In this document: one piece after another, positions 19,720-27,720 of the stretch
Layout of the letters: the number at the start of each line of letters is the position of its first letter
Position numbering within the stretch: the stretch's first letter is position 1
Assembly (NCBI GenBank): GCA_017483785.1
Contig: JAFUVC010000010.1
Location: 1 to 42,566 of the forward strand
DNA: 42,566 bases
Source of the DNA: Prevotella sp.
GTDB taxonomy: Bacteria > Bacteroidota > Bacteroidia > Bacteroidales > Bacteroidaceae
Reading direction: 5' to 3'
Translations under genes and position numbers: made by a program
Notes under the pieces: model-generated
What the model saw: only the letters and a program-made list of their open reading frames with translations
Databases searched by the model: none
Told to the model about the DNA's origin: nothing

Positions 19720-20553
19720 CTAAGGACGCGATTTCCTCAGCCTGAGCGCCACTTGGAACAGCGAAGGCAGGAAAATGCACATGGAGCAGCCGAGGGCGAG
19801 CCAGACAGCACGCTGATTGCCGCCGAAAAGTTCCAGAAGCGTGCTGCCGGAAGCCTGGGGCAAGAGGTTTGTGGCCACATAGACAATCGTGTTGTTCACC
19901 CAGTGGAGCACGAGTCCAGGCACGATGCTGTCGGTGCGGTAATACATCCAACCAAGGAGCAGGCCGAGCAGCGTGGCGTGGAAGAACTGCGCCAAGTTTC
20001 CATGGACGGCTCCGAAGAGCAAGGCCGAAATCAGGATGGGAATCCAGTGCCACTGACGATGGAACCGGCCGAGCAGTTCGCGCAGGATGGCTCCGCGAAA
20101 CACCATTTCCTCGGCCAACGGCGCGAGGATGGCCAAAACGAGGTAGCCAGCGGGATGTTTCATGACATACTCGAGCATCTTCAGCATCTCGGGCGGAAGC
20201 TCCGCACCCAGTTTCTCTTGCAGCCATATCGAGGGAATAATCGTTCCACACCCCAACAGGACAATCCATGTGAGCGCGGTCCACGGGCGCGTGCGAATGT
20301 AAGTGCGCGAAAAAGGCGACCAGCGCGCCAGCAGGAACACGACGATGGTGAGCAGGCTGGCACAGGCAGACGCTATGATGAAAATCATGGACTGCCCGTT
20401 GAAGTTTTGAAGATGGTCAAGAGAACTTTGCAAGGCCGTTTTAAGGGGTTCGCCCTGATAGAGAACCCAGCCGGCGGCAACGAGCATGGTGGCCAGAGTT
20501 TGGAGGAGCAGGAAGGCCACGAGATAGGTAATTACGTTGATAAATGATTTCAT
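19720..20553 (-). CDS. CPBP family intramembrane metalloprotease (CAAX/Abi)
   Basis: APLAEEMVFRG, FGAVH, LHWVNN and multiple TM helices. Confidence 0.9.
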   Translation of the reverse strand: MKSFINVITYLVAFLLLQTLATMLVAAGWVLYQGEPLKTALQSSLDHLQNFNGQSMIFIIASACASLLTIVVFLLARWSPFSRTYIRTRPWTALTWIVLLGCGTIIPSIWLQEKLGAELPPEMLKMLEYVMKHPAGYLVLAILAPLAEEMVFRGAILRELLGRFHRQWHWIPILISALLFGAVHGNLAQFFHATLLGLLLGWMYYRTDSIVPGLVLHWVNNTIVYVATNLLPQASGSTLLELFGGNQRAVWLALGCSMCIFLPSLFQVALRLRKSRP

Positions 20554-21458
20554 CGTTTAAAAGTGGAAATAATCTGATTTTTGTCTTTTTCTAATTGCCG
20601 ACGCAGGGCTTCTGGCGATGAAAACGCCTGTTCGTCGCGGATTCGACGGAGAAATTCTACCGTGAGTTGTCGGTCGTAGAGGTCGCCCGTGAAATCGAAG
20701 ACATGAGCCTCGAGCGACAGCGCGCCGCCGTCGTAGGTTGGTCGCGTTCCAATGTTCATCATGCCGAGTTTCCGGCTTTCGGGGCCGTTTTCGTCGTCAA
20801 CCTTCACGCTGACGGCATAGACTCCAGCGGCAGGAAGGATGGTTTCGACGGTTTCCGGCGACAGATTTGCCGTCGGGAAGTCCAGTCGGCGACCCTCTCC
20901 CCTACCGTGAACCACGCGCCCTGCGATGCTGTAAGGACGGCCCAAAAGTTCACCGGCAAGGCTGACGTCGCCCTCGCTGAGGGCCTTTCTGACCGACGAT
21001 GAAGAGCAACGGACGTGGGCGTCGGGGCACGCTTTTTCGGGCAGTCGGATGAGTTCTATGCCGAGTTCGCCGGCATAGCGGAGATAATCGTCGAAACCCT
21101 CGTGGCTGTCGGGCGTGCGGTGGCCGAAGCGGTTGTCGTAGCCCAGCATGAGCACTTCGAGATGCAGTTTTTCCTTCAAGACGGTGCGCATGAAGTCGCG
21201 GGCCGGAAGTTGTGCCATTTCGCGGTCGAAATGGAGCACTTCGCAGCGGTCGGCGCCCGCCTTGACGATGAGCGACTGCTTCTGGCGGAGCGTGGTGAGC
21301 AGCGGGCAGGGCTTTCCCGTCACGACTTCGCGCGGCGGTCGGTCGAAAGTGACGACAACGGCCTGCATTCCGCGCCGTTGCGCCTCCTCAGCCACCTGTC
21401 GGACTACAAACTGGTGGCCTTTGTGTACGCCGTCGAAAAAACCTATGGTGGCAATCAT
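20550..21458 (-). CDS. ribF: Bifunctional riboflavin kinase / FAD synthetase
   Basis: IGFFDGVHKGH, GYDNRFG, FPTANL, GVYAV, NIGTRPT, EAHVFDF. Confidence 0.95.
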   Translation of the reverse strand: MIATIGFFDGVHKGHQFVVRQVAEEAQRRGMQAVVVTFDRPPREVVTGKPCPLLTTLRQKQSLIVKAGADRCEVLHFDREMAQLPARDFMRTVLKEKLHLEVLMLGYDNRFGHRTPDSHEGFDDYLRYAGELGIELIRLPEKACPDAHVRCSSSSVRKALSEGDVSLAGELLGRPYSIAGRVVHGRGEGRRLDFPTANLSPETVETILPAAGVYAVSVKVDDENGPESRKLGMMNIGTRPTYDGGALSLEAHVFDFTGDLYDRQLTVEFLRRIRDEQAFSSPEALRRQLEKDKNQIISTFKR

Positions 21459-21463
21459 TTCCG

Positions 21464-21526
21464 GGAGTTCAGGAGTTCAGGAGTTGCAGGAGTTCAGGAG
21501 TTGCAGGAGTTCGGGAGTTGCAGGAG
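21464..21526. repeat. Seven tandem 8/9-nt units GGAGTT(G)CA
   Basis: ggagttca ggagttca ggagttgca ggagttca ggagttgca ggagttcg ggagttgca. Supplies the HAD gene's last codons and its TGA stop. Confidence 0.9.
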
Positions 21527-22099
21527 CCAATCGTCGATGGCTTGGTTGTGGAAGGTCTGGATGCCGAGCGATTGGGCGGCGGCGATGTTGTCGGCATTGT
21601 CGTCGATGAACAGCGTTTCGCGGGCATCAATGTCGGCTCGCCGAAGCACTTCCGAGAAAATTTCCGGATTGGGCTTTGCCAACTGCATCTCGTAAGACAG
21701 GAAAACGCGCTCAAAACAGCCTTCGAGTTGGCTGGAACAGAGTTGCCAGTGCATGTCGTTGGTGTTGCTCAGCAGGAAAAGCCTGATGCCCGACTGCCGG
21801 AGTTCAATCAGACGCTGTTTCCGCTCGGGCGTGACGGGCGTGAGCAGCGCATTCCACGCGGCAATGATGGCCTCGTCAGATGCCTTTGTGGCGGTCATCT
21901 GGCGCACTTCGGCGCAAAAATCCTGCGTGTTGCTCTGCCCCAACTCAATGCGGTAGAAAAGGTCTTCCGTGCGATGCTCTCGGACGTATTCCGCCACTTT
22001 CTCGCAGCCGAGACGACTGAAGGCGTCGATGCTGCGCCGGCTGTCGAAGCCGACGAGCACCCCGCCCAAGTCGAAAATGATGTTCTTGATGCCGGTCAT
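21494..22099 (-). CDS. HAD family phosphatase
   Basis: IIFDLGGVL, LSNTN, KPNPEIF, FIDD. Confidence 0.9.
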   Translation of the reverse strand: MTGIKNIIFDLGGVLVGFDSRRSIDAFSRLGCEKVAEYVREHRTEDLFYRIELGQSNTQDFCAEVRQMTATKASDEAIIAAWNALLTPVTPERKQRLIELRQSGIRLFLLSNTNDMHWQLCSSQLEGCFERVFLSYEMQLAKPNPEIFSEVLRRADIDARETLFIDDNADNIAAAQSLGIQTFHNQAIDDWLLQLPNSCNS

Positions 22100-22650
22100 T
22101 ACCTACAAGCCCAGTAATTGCCGCCGCTGAAAGCCATCTGCACCTGATAGAGGCCGCTCTCGTCGAGGGCCACGTCTTTCGGGCCTTCGGGCGTGTTGAC
22201 CTTCACCGTGCCGTCTTCATTGAAGCGGAACATTTCCTTCACTTCGCCGTTCTGCACCTGCATCCACGCGTTGTTCTTCTGGTCGTAGAGGAATTTCACG
22301 AGTTGGCCGTCGGGCGTGGTGATTTCGTAGCCGTCGATGAGCGTTTTCACGGCGTAGTAGCGACCGTCGTTGCCCATGATTTTCTGCGTCTTGCCAGCAT
22401 TTTTGGCCACGGGATTCTCGCCGCTCCAGAACTCGATGGTGTTGAGCACGAGGCTGTCGATAACCAGCGTGATGGAGCCGACGATGGGCATCAGGAAGAA
22501 GCCGACGATGGCGTTTACGAACTTGCTGTTCGTCATGGTGCGCTGCCAATGAGCGTACTTGTTGAACAGACCGAACGAACCGATGCACGAATTCATCGCG
22601 AGTGTGCCTGCCAGTGCGAGGGCGAGGACTTTTACATTTACTTTTTTCAT
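22099..22650 (-). CDS. DUF3332-like lipoprotein
   Basis: NSCIGSFGLF, DSLVLNTIEFWSGENP, match to my recollection of the DUF3332 family. Confidence 0.75.
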   Translation of the reverse strand: MKKVNVKVLALALAGTLAMNSCIGSFGLFNKYAHWQRTMTNSKFVNAIVGFFLMPIVGSITLVIDSLVLNTIEFWSGENPVAKNAGKTQKIMGNDGRYYAVKTLIDGYEITTPDGQLVKFLYDQKNNAWMQVQNGEVKEMFRFNEDGTVKVNTPEGPKDVALDESGLYQVQMAFSGGNYWACR

Positions 22651-22681
22651 TGGTTTGAAATTTTATGGATGATAAGCGGTG

Positions 22682-22689
22682 CAAAGGTA
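22682..22689 (-). promoter_or_regulatory. -7 promoter box (TACCTTTG) for the DUF3332-HAD-ribF-CPBP operon
   Basis: TAnnTTTG on the minus strand. Confidence 0.6.
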
Positions 22690-22690
22690 C

Positions 22691-22732
22691 AAAAAAAGAA
22701 GCGAACCGCTGTGCGATTCGCTTCTTTTTTTT
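22691..22732. terminator. Intrinsic terminator downstream of the LRR gene
   Basis: aaaaaaagaagcgaa ... ttcgcttcttttttt inverted repeat. Confidence 0.8.
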
Positions 22733-22734
22733 AG

Positions 22735-22781
22735 GGAGTTACAGGAGTTCAGGAGTTCAGGAGTTGCAGGAGTTCAGACAA
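22735..22781. repeat. Five GGAGTT(A/G)CA units ending in the GGAGTTCAGACAA core
   Basis: Same family as 21464-21526. The 13-nt core recurs inverted at 27235-27247. Confidence 0.85.
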
Positions 22782-22841
22782 TAGACTTTCGCAATCGAAA
22801 AAACAATTGACTTCTAACTCCAGAGGTCACAGACCTCTTAA

Positions 22842-22873
22842 CTCGTTCCTCGTTCCTCATTCCTCGCTCCTCG
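22842..22873. repeat. Tandem heptamer CTCGYTC, about 4.5 units
   Basis: ctcgttc ctcgttc ctcattc ctcgctc ctcg, immediately after the LRR gene stop. Confidence 0.8.
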
Positions 22874-22876
22874 ATT

Positions 22877-25621
22877 TTATTTGACGACCTTCCGTCCGTT
22901 CCTGATGTAAATGCCGGGCTGCTTCGGCTCGGTGGCGAGTTTCTTGCCGTCGAGCGTGTACCAGTCGCCGTTCTGTCCATCGGCAGAGAGGCCGCCGATG
23001 CCTGTCGGCACGTCGCTTCCGGCGTAGGGCTGCCATGAGCCTTCACCTTCAATGTCGGTGCCCGTCCAGTAGAAGGCAGTCCAGCCTTTTTCCTTGACGG
23101 CATCCACCTGCGCCTTCGTGCAGACGTTTTGCTCGCCTTCAACATTCGGCGCAATCACGCGCAGACCACCGACGTTGGCCTTCGACATCGACGCGATGAG
23201 CGCGTCCATGGCAGCGTCCTTGATCTGGTTCAGGTGGATGGCCAGCAGGTCGAGTTTATCGTTCTGCTACACGTCGAGGGCCGTCAAGAGGTTCTGCGAC
23301 ACGTCGAGCACGATCAGGTTCGGGTTCTTCGTCACGTCGATGTCCGTCAGTTGGTTGTTGTAGCAGAAGAAGTACTGCAACAGCGGATTCTGCGTCACGT
23401 CAATCTCGATGAGTTGGTTGCTGAAGCAGTAGAGACCGCGCAGTTTCGGGAACACCGTCACGTCGAGTTCGGTGAGTTCGTTCTCGTAGCAGTACAGCAT
23501 TTCGAGTTCGGTGAGGTACTCGACGCCCGTCAGGTCCTTGATGCCGAGCCCGAACACTTCGAGTTCCGTCACGGCGGCGATTTCGTCGTCCTCAAGCCAG
23601 CCGTCGCCGTCGAGGTCGAGGTTGTCGGCCACGAACTTGCGGAACGCCTCGTCGGGGAAGAACTCTTCGATGACGGGGATGCCGTCGTGGCGATCCACAT
23701 AAATGATATAGGAGGCCTCGCCTGCGAGGTATGTGTCGTTGCCCTCGAACTGGGCGGTGATGGTCACCGTGCCTTCGCCTTGCAAGGTCACTTCGCCCGT
23801 CGCGGGGTCAACCGTGGCCACCGACTCGTCGCTACTCTTGTAGGTGACGGTGAGGCCGTTGGGGTTGTTCAGCGTGGGGGCCGTGAAGTCTTCGCCGTGC
23901 TTGCCGCTGACCTCCGTCACGTCGTAACTGAGGTTGGGCTCGGCCTTGTTCACGGTGAGCGTGTAGGAAGCCTCGGCAGGCAGATAAACCTCGTTGCCGG
24001 GGTACGAGACGGTGATGGTCGTCGTGCCCTCGCCCACAAGCGTCACTTCGCCCGTGGCGGGGTCAACCGTAGCCACGCTTTCGTCGCTGCTCTTCCAAAG
24101 GGCCGTGCCGTCAGAGAGGCTCACCTCTGTCGGGTCGATGGTGATGTCAGGAGACTCGAACGGCTCGCCCAGCGTGGCTTCCACCTCCGTCGGGTCGATG
24201 GTGATGGTCACGGCCTTGGGGATGGTGACGGTCACGGTGGTCGATTGCGTACCAATCTCTACCGGATATACATCATAATCATGTAAAGCAGCCCTCCAAA
24301 TATAATAGTTGCAATTGGAATAGGTGATCGTGGCCTTGTAGGTGGCTCCGGGCGTTGCATTCGTCCAGTCGGGAACCAATGCCTTAATCTCATAGTCTGA
24401 ATAATAATGTGACCCACTGAGGTAATAGTCTTTTCCGAATCCTAAACCCATTTCGGTATGTCCGGCTGCCAATTCACCCATTTCCAGCGTTCCGACATAG
24501 TAGGGTGCGTCGCCATCTACGAATTCGCCTTTCTCCTTCAGCAATGCTCCGTCAGCCATGGTGATGGCAATGGCGGGGTTGGTGTATTCGTAGCCTGTCA
24601 GATTCATATTGATAACTCCCTCTACGTTGTTCACGATGATGATGCCGATGGCTCCGTTGGCCATGGCGGCGTTGGCCTTGATGTAGAAGGAGATGTCGCC
24701 ACGGTTGCAGACGGCAATCTTTCCGGCGAGCACATCCTTGACTTTTGCGAAGTCCTCGGCCGTGCCGAAGTTGTCGATGTAGATGTATTCCAACTTTTGT
24801 CCGACGAGGGTTTGGATGCTCTCGTTGCCGTAGCCGGATGTCTCGGTGTATTCGATTTCCTGTCCGTCAACCAAGAGTGGGCTGTAGTATTTCAGGTTGT
24901 CTGAAGGATCCCAATTGCCTTTCAGCGCCATGACCAGAATGTCGTTGGGGTCGTCCACATTAACGAGGTTGGTGTTGGTAATGCGTAAGGTCGCATACTC
25001 GTATTCATCCACTCCCAGTGTCGGAATTCCGCTGAGCAGTGCGCTTTTTTTGCCAGCGACGTCGCCATCAGTGTTGCCGTAGGTCAGTTCGAAGTCGGAC
25101 CACGGTGTGAAGGTGAGTTCGGGCAAATCTGGTGCCTGCTTTGTGATAGAATAATCAATTTCTATACTCGGCCTACCATTCATCGTCCCTTGTGAGGCGC
25201 TTGTCACGGTCACATCGAAGCCGGAAATGGTGATGCTGACTTTGGCGGAAGACACTTGCGAAAAGTCGATTACAACGTTGTTGGGGCAGGCACTGGAGGC
25301 GTAGATTAACACATGTGCATAGTAGGTCGTGCCATCCTGCGGGTTGGTTTTCAGATGCTCGTTTTCATCGACGTCAGTATATATACCCATCACGGCCATA
25401 TCAATATACTCGGAGGACGGGTTGCTGCCACCGCTAAACGTCAGTTCCAAGCCTTCATGGAAGCCATCGGGATAATAGCCGTTGGGTCCTACATACTTCA
25501 GGCCCGTGCCGGTGAGTGATACGTCGGCCACCGTGTAGGTCGTGGTGGGCACTTGCGCTTGCGCCGTCGCCGCTATCGCGAAGAGGGCGAGCAAAAAGGT
25601 AAAAAATCTAATTTTTCTCAT
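22877..25621 (-). pseudogene. Secreted multidomain surface protein (signal peptide, PA domain, two Ig-like Big_2 repeats, LRRs, T9SS C-terminal domain) with an in-frame TAG at 23267-23269
   Basis: ORFs 23267..25621 and 22877..23209 are in one frame (LTALDV*QNDKLDLL). PA motif GKIAVCNRGDISFYIKANAAMANGAIGIIIVNN; KSSDESVATVDPATGEVTL twice; FPDEAFRKFV...DLDGDGWL cap followed by LRRs; CTD WYTLDGKKLATEPKQPGIYIRNGRKVVK. Confidence 0.8.
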
Positions 25622-25673
25622 ACTGATTTGTAATTTTTAAGTGAATAAAATAATGTGTTTGTTATCTTTTTCG

Positions 25674-25681
25674 TAACTTTG
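25674..25681 (+). promoter_or_regulatory. -7 promoter box (TAACTTTG) for TA module 1
   Basis: TAnnTTTG 30 nt upstream of the ATG at 25712. Confidence 0.55.
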
Positions 25682-25711
25682 TCGCCGTAAACCCGTTAAA
25701 ACCGTTTTGTT

Positions 25712-25945
25712 ATGACAGCTATGCAACTGAATGCGGAGGTATTCCGCCAACTTAGCCTTATTGCCGAAGACGAGGGCAAGATGAGGCGTGTGCTGAAAGC
25801 CCTGCGACGCATTGCCGAGCCAAAACCCGACCCCACGGAGATGACGCGCGAGGAGTTCTTCGCACGGATAGACCGTGCCAGCAAAGGAAAGTCGATGACG
25901 TTTGCCAATGTCGAGGAACTCGACCGACACATCCGAAGCCTATGA
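25712..25945 (+). CDS. Putative antitoxin (partner of the Txe/YoeB toxin)
   Basis: 77 aa, overlaps the toxin start by 4 nt (ATGA). C-terminal MTREEFFARIDRA...EELDRHI is antitoxin-like. Assignment is by position. Confidence 0.7.
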   Translation: MTAMQLNAEVFRQLSLIAEDEGKMRRVLKALRRIAEPKPDPTEMTREEFFARIDRASKGKSMTFANVEELDRHIRSL

Positions 25946-26217
25946 GGTACGAAGTTCAGTTCAAGGATCAGGCTCGCGAAGACCTCCACGATTTGCAACG
26001 CCACGAGCCGAAAACCTATCGCAAGGCACTTTCCCTGATTAGCGAGCTTTACGAGCATCCGCGCACAGGAACGGACAAGCCTGAGATTCTGAAAGGCGAA
26101 CCGATGGGGCGCTGGAGCCGCCGCATAACGAGGAAGCACCGGCTGGTGTACGAGATTCACGACACTGAGGTGGTCGTGATTGTCCTCTCGGCCTATGGTC
26201 ATTATGGCGACAAGTAG
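25942..26217 (+). CDS. Txe/YoeB family addiction module toxin
   Basis: HPRTGT.KPE.LKG...WSRRIT.KHRLVY...GHY. Confidence 0.9.
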   Translation: MRYEVQFKDQAREDLHDLQRHEPKTYRKALSLISELYEHPRTGTDKPEILKGEPMGRWSRRITRKHRLVYEIHDTEVVVIVLSAYGHYGDK

Positions 26218-26265
26218 TTTCATTGCTTTGTTTCTTGTTTTTTAATTAGACATAATAATAAATGC

Positions 26266-26311
26266 AAAAGCGCGCTGCCCACAGCCGACGAATCGGCAAC
26301 GGGCAACACGC
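26266..26311 (-). terminator. Long hairpin with UUCG loop and U-tract (terminator or attenuator)
   Basis: Minus strand reads GCGUGU-UGCCC-GUU-GCCGA-UUCG-UCGGC-UGU-GGGCA-GCGCGC-UUUU. The G-U pairs form only on this strand. Confidence 0.7.
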
Positions 26312-26414
26312 TCACAACTCATTGATAATGAGGGGTTTATGGGGGGTAGTAGTGGTAATGCATATGTGTAGCTTTATCGTTTAAAGATTATACGGCCACG
26401 CCGGTGTCGATTTT

Positions 26415-26738
26415 TTATGATTCCATACGTTTCATGACATCGCGCAGGTATTCGTCATTGACATTCTCAAAGTCTGCCTTGTCGTAAATGTACAGAAGCT
26501 GCAGTTCGTCGGCTATCATGCGAACACGGATGATGACCCTCGCACCGCCACTCTTGCCACGGCCTTTCGACGTGATGGCGAGACGCACCTTGCGGGCTCC
26601 GCCTTCTAAGTCAACGCCCTGCATGGGATTCTGGAGCAGCGAAGCGAGCAGTCGCTCGAAGTCTTGTTCCAGTGACTTGTGGCGTTTCTTCAACCGCTTG
26701 AAAGCGACGCGGAAGTCTTCAGACATTCTTACTCTCAT
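26415..26738 (-). CDS. RelE/ParE superfamily (HigB2-like) toxin
   Basis: FKRLKKRHKSL, RKVRLAITSKGRGKSGGARVI, LLYIYDK. Confidence 0.85.
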   Translation of the reverse strand: MRVRMSEDFRVAFKRLKKRHKSLEQDFERLLASLLQNPMQGVDLEGGARKVRLAITSKGRGKSGGARVIIRVRMIADELQLLYIYDKADFENVNDEYLRDVMKRMES

Positions 26739-26923
26739 AAGGCTCTCAGTGTGGCGATGGCTTCCTCTGGTGTCATGCTCGGCTCAGATTCCACCTGTTT
26801 CATGCTGCGCTTGATGATGTGGGCCAGTTTATAGGTCTTTTCCAGCCGCAGCATCCTGTTCCACCGCCTCGCACTCATGCTGACGGTGACTCTGTTGTGG
26901 GTTCTACTGACGGTTGTTTCCAT
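26735..26923 (-). CDS. Putative antitoxin of TA module 2
   Basis: 62 aa, ATAA-type 4-nt overlap with the toxin start, own -7 box TATATTTG at 26966-26973. Confidence 0.65.
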   Translation of the reverse strand: METTVSRTHNRVTVSMSARRWNRMLRLEKTYKLAHIIKRSMKQVESEPSMTPEEAIATLRAL

Positions 26924-27085
26924 GTTTTTTTATCGTTTTATTCCTTTGTTATTGTTTTTGCCTTGCAAATATAAACATTTTTTTTGAAATAATTCGCTTT
27001 TGTTTCGTTTTTTTGTTCTAAGCCTGATTTTTCGTGACTGTTCGCCGTAAAACCATTAAGTATGCGCCGTGAGCGGAAAAAAGAT

Positions 27086-27703
27086 TCAGAGCCAGAGCAC
27101 TGCTTCGGGCCCCATGCAAAAGAGCAGGTCGAGAATCGAGAGGTCGGGCAGGAAACCGTTTTGCCGCTGATAGACCTGCCAGTAGGGAGACCCACTCAAT
27201 TGACAATTGACAATTGACAATTGACAATTATCATTTGTCTGAACTCCCAAACTCCTGAACTCCTGACGCCTGACGCCTATCAATTCCAGCATTTTCTCGA
27301 GAATCGCCATATTGTAGTCGAGGAGGAACTCCCAGTCGCGACGCTCGAAAAACGGGCGCAGGTCGTCGGCGTAATAGTCGAAAAACGGGCTCTCGCCGTA
27401 GGCCGTGCAGAGCGCGTTCCAATGCTCGGTGCGCCATTTCCCGTGGTTGCTGATGCGCACGTCGCGCGTCAGCAGCGGTTCGCTCCCCGAAATCTCGCTC
27501 CTCGCTCCTCGTTCCTCGCTCCTCGGCTTTTCGACCGGCACCGTGAGTTTCTGCACGCCGCTGGCCGTGGCAATGAGGCAGTGGTTGCGCGTGGTCTGCT
27601 TCACATAGCGCTCGGCGTCGTCAATGGCCCATTCGTCGGCACGCACCAAGCGGCTGTACCATGAAATGGGGCCGAAGTAGGTTGTAGGAAAACAAATCAA
27701 CAC
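27086..27703 (-). CDS. WbqC family protein carrying in-frame repeat-derived segments
   Basis: TTYFGPISWY, KQTTRNHC.I, LTVPV, AYGESPFFDYY, YWQVY...GFLPDLSILDLLFCMGPEA. GTG start. Downstream of lepB, as usual in Bacteroidales. Confidence 0.88.
   Translation of the reverse strand: MLICFPTTYFGPISWYSRLVRADEWAIDDAERYVKQTTRNHCLIATASGVQKLTVPVEKPRSEERGARSEISGSEPLLTRDVRISNHGKWRTEHWNALCTAYGESPFFDYYADDLRPFFERRDWEFLLDYNMAILEKMLELIGVRRQEFRSLGVQTNDNCQLSIVNCQLSGSPYWQVYQRQNGFLPDLSILDLLFCMGPEAVLWL
27197..27228. repeat. Tandem heptamer TGACAAT x4 inside wbqC
   Basis: caat(tgacaat)4, translated as NCQLSIVNCQLS. Confidence 0.9.
27235..27278. repeat. Inverted copy of the GGAGTTCA family plus ctgacgc x2 inside wbqC
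   Basis: ttgtctgaactcccaaactcctgaactcctgacgcctgacgcc, translated as GVRRQEFRSLGVQT. Confidence 0.75.
27494..27525. repeat. Tandem heptamer CTCGYTC, about 4.5 units, inside wbqC
   Basis: ctcgctc ctcgctc ctcgttc ctcgctc ctcg, translated as PRSEERGARSE. Confidence 0.85.
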
Positions 27704-27720
27704 CTATTATCTATGACCTA

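Noticed and set aside
21464-22781. Repeat arrays as a CRISPR locus
   Set aside because: Units are 7-9 nt and directly tandem, with no unique spacers and no cas genes.
25696-26223. 175-aa minus-strand ORF antisense to TA module 1
   Set aside because: Entirely overlaps a clear YoeB pair and has no recognisable protein features. Only its first two codons are noted, as a possible orphaned start.
25622-26260. Invertible promoter or shufflon around TA module 1
   Set aside because: I found no convincing inverted repeats at the two boundaries by eye, and there is no recombinase in the window.
15497-27000. Prophage or integrative element spanning the accessory genes
   Set aside because: No integrase, transposase, relaxase, phage structural genes or att-like direct repeats were seen, and core genes (ribF, HAD) interrupt the span.
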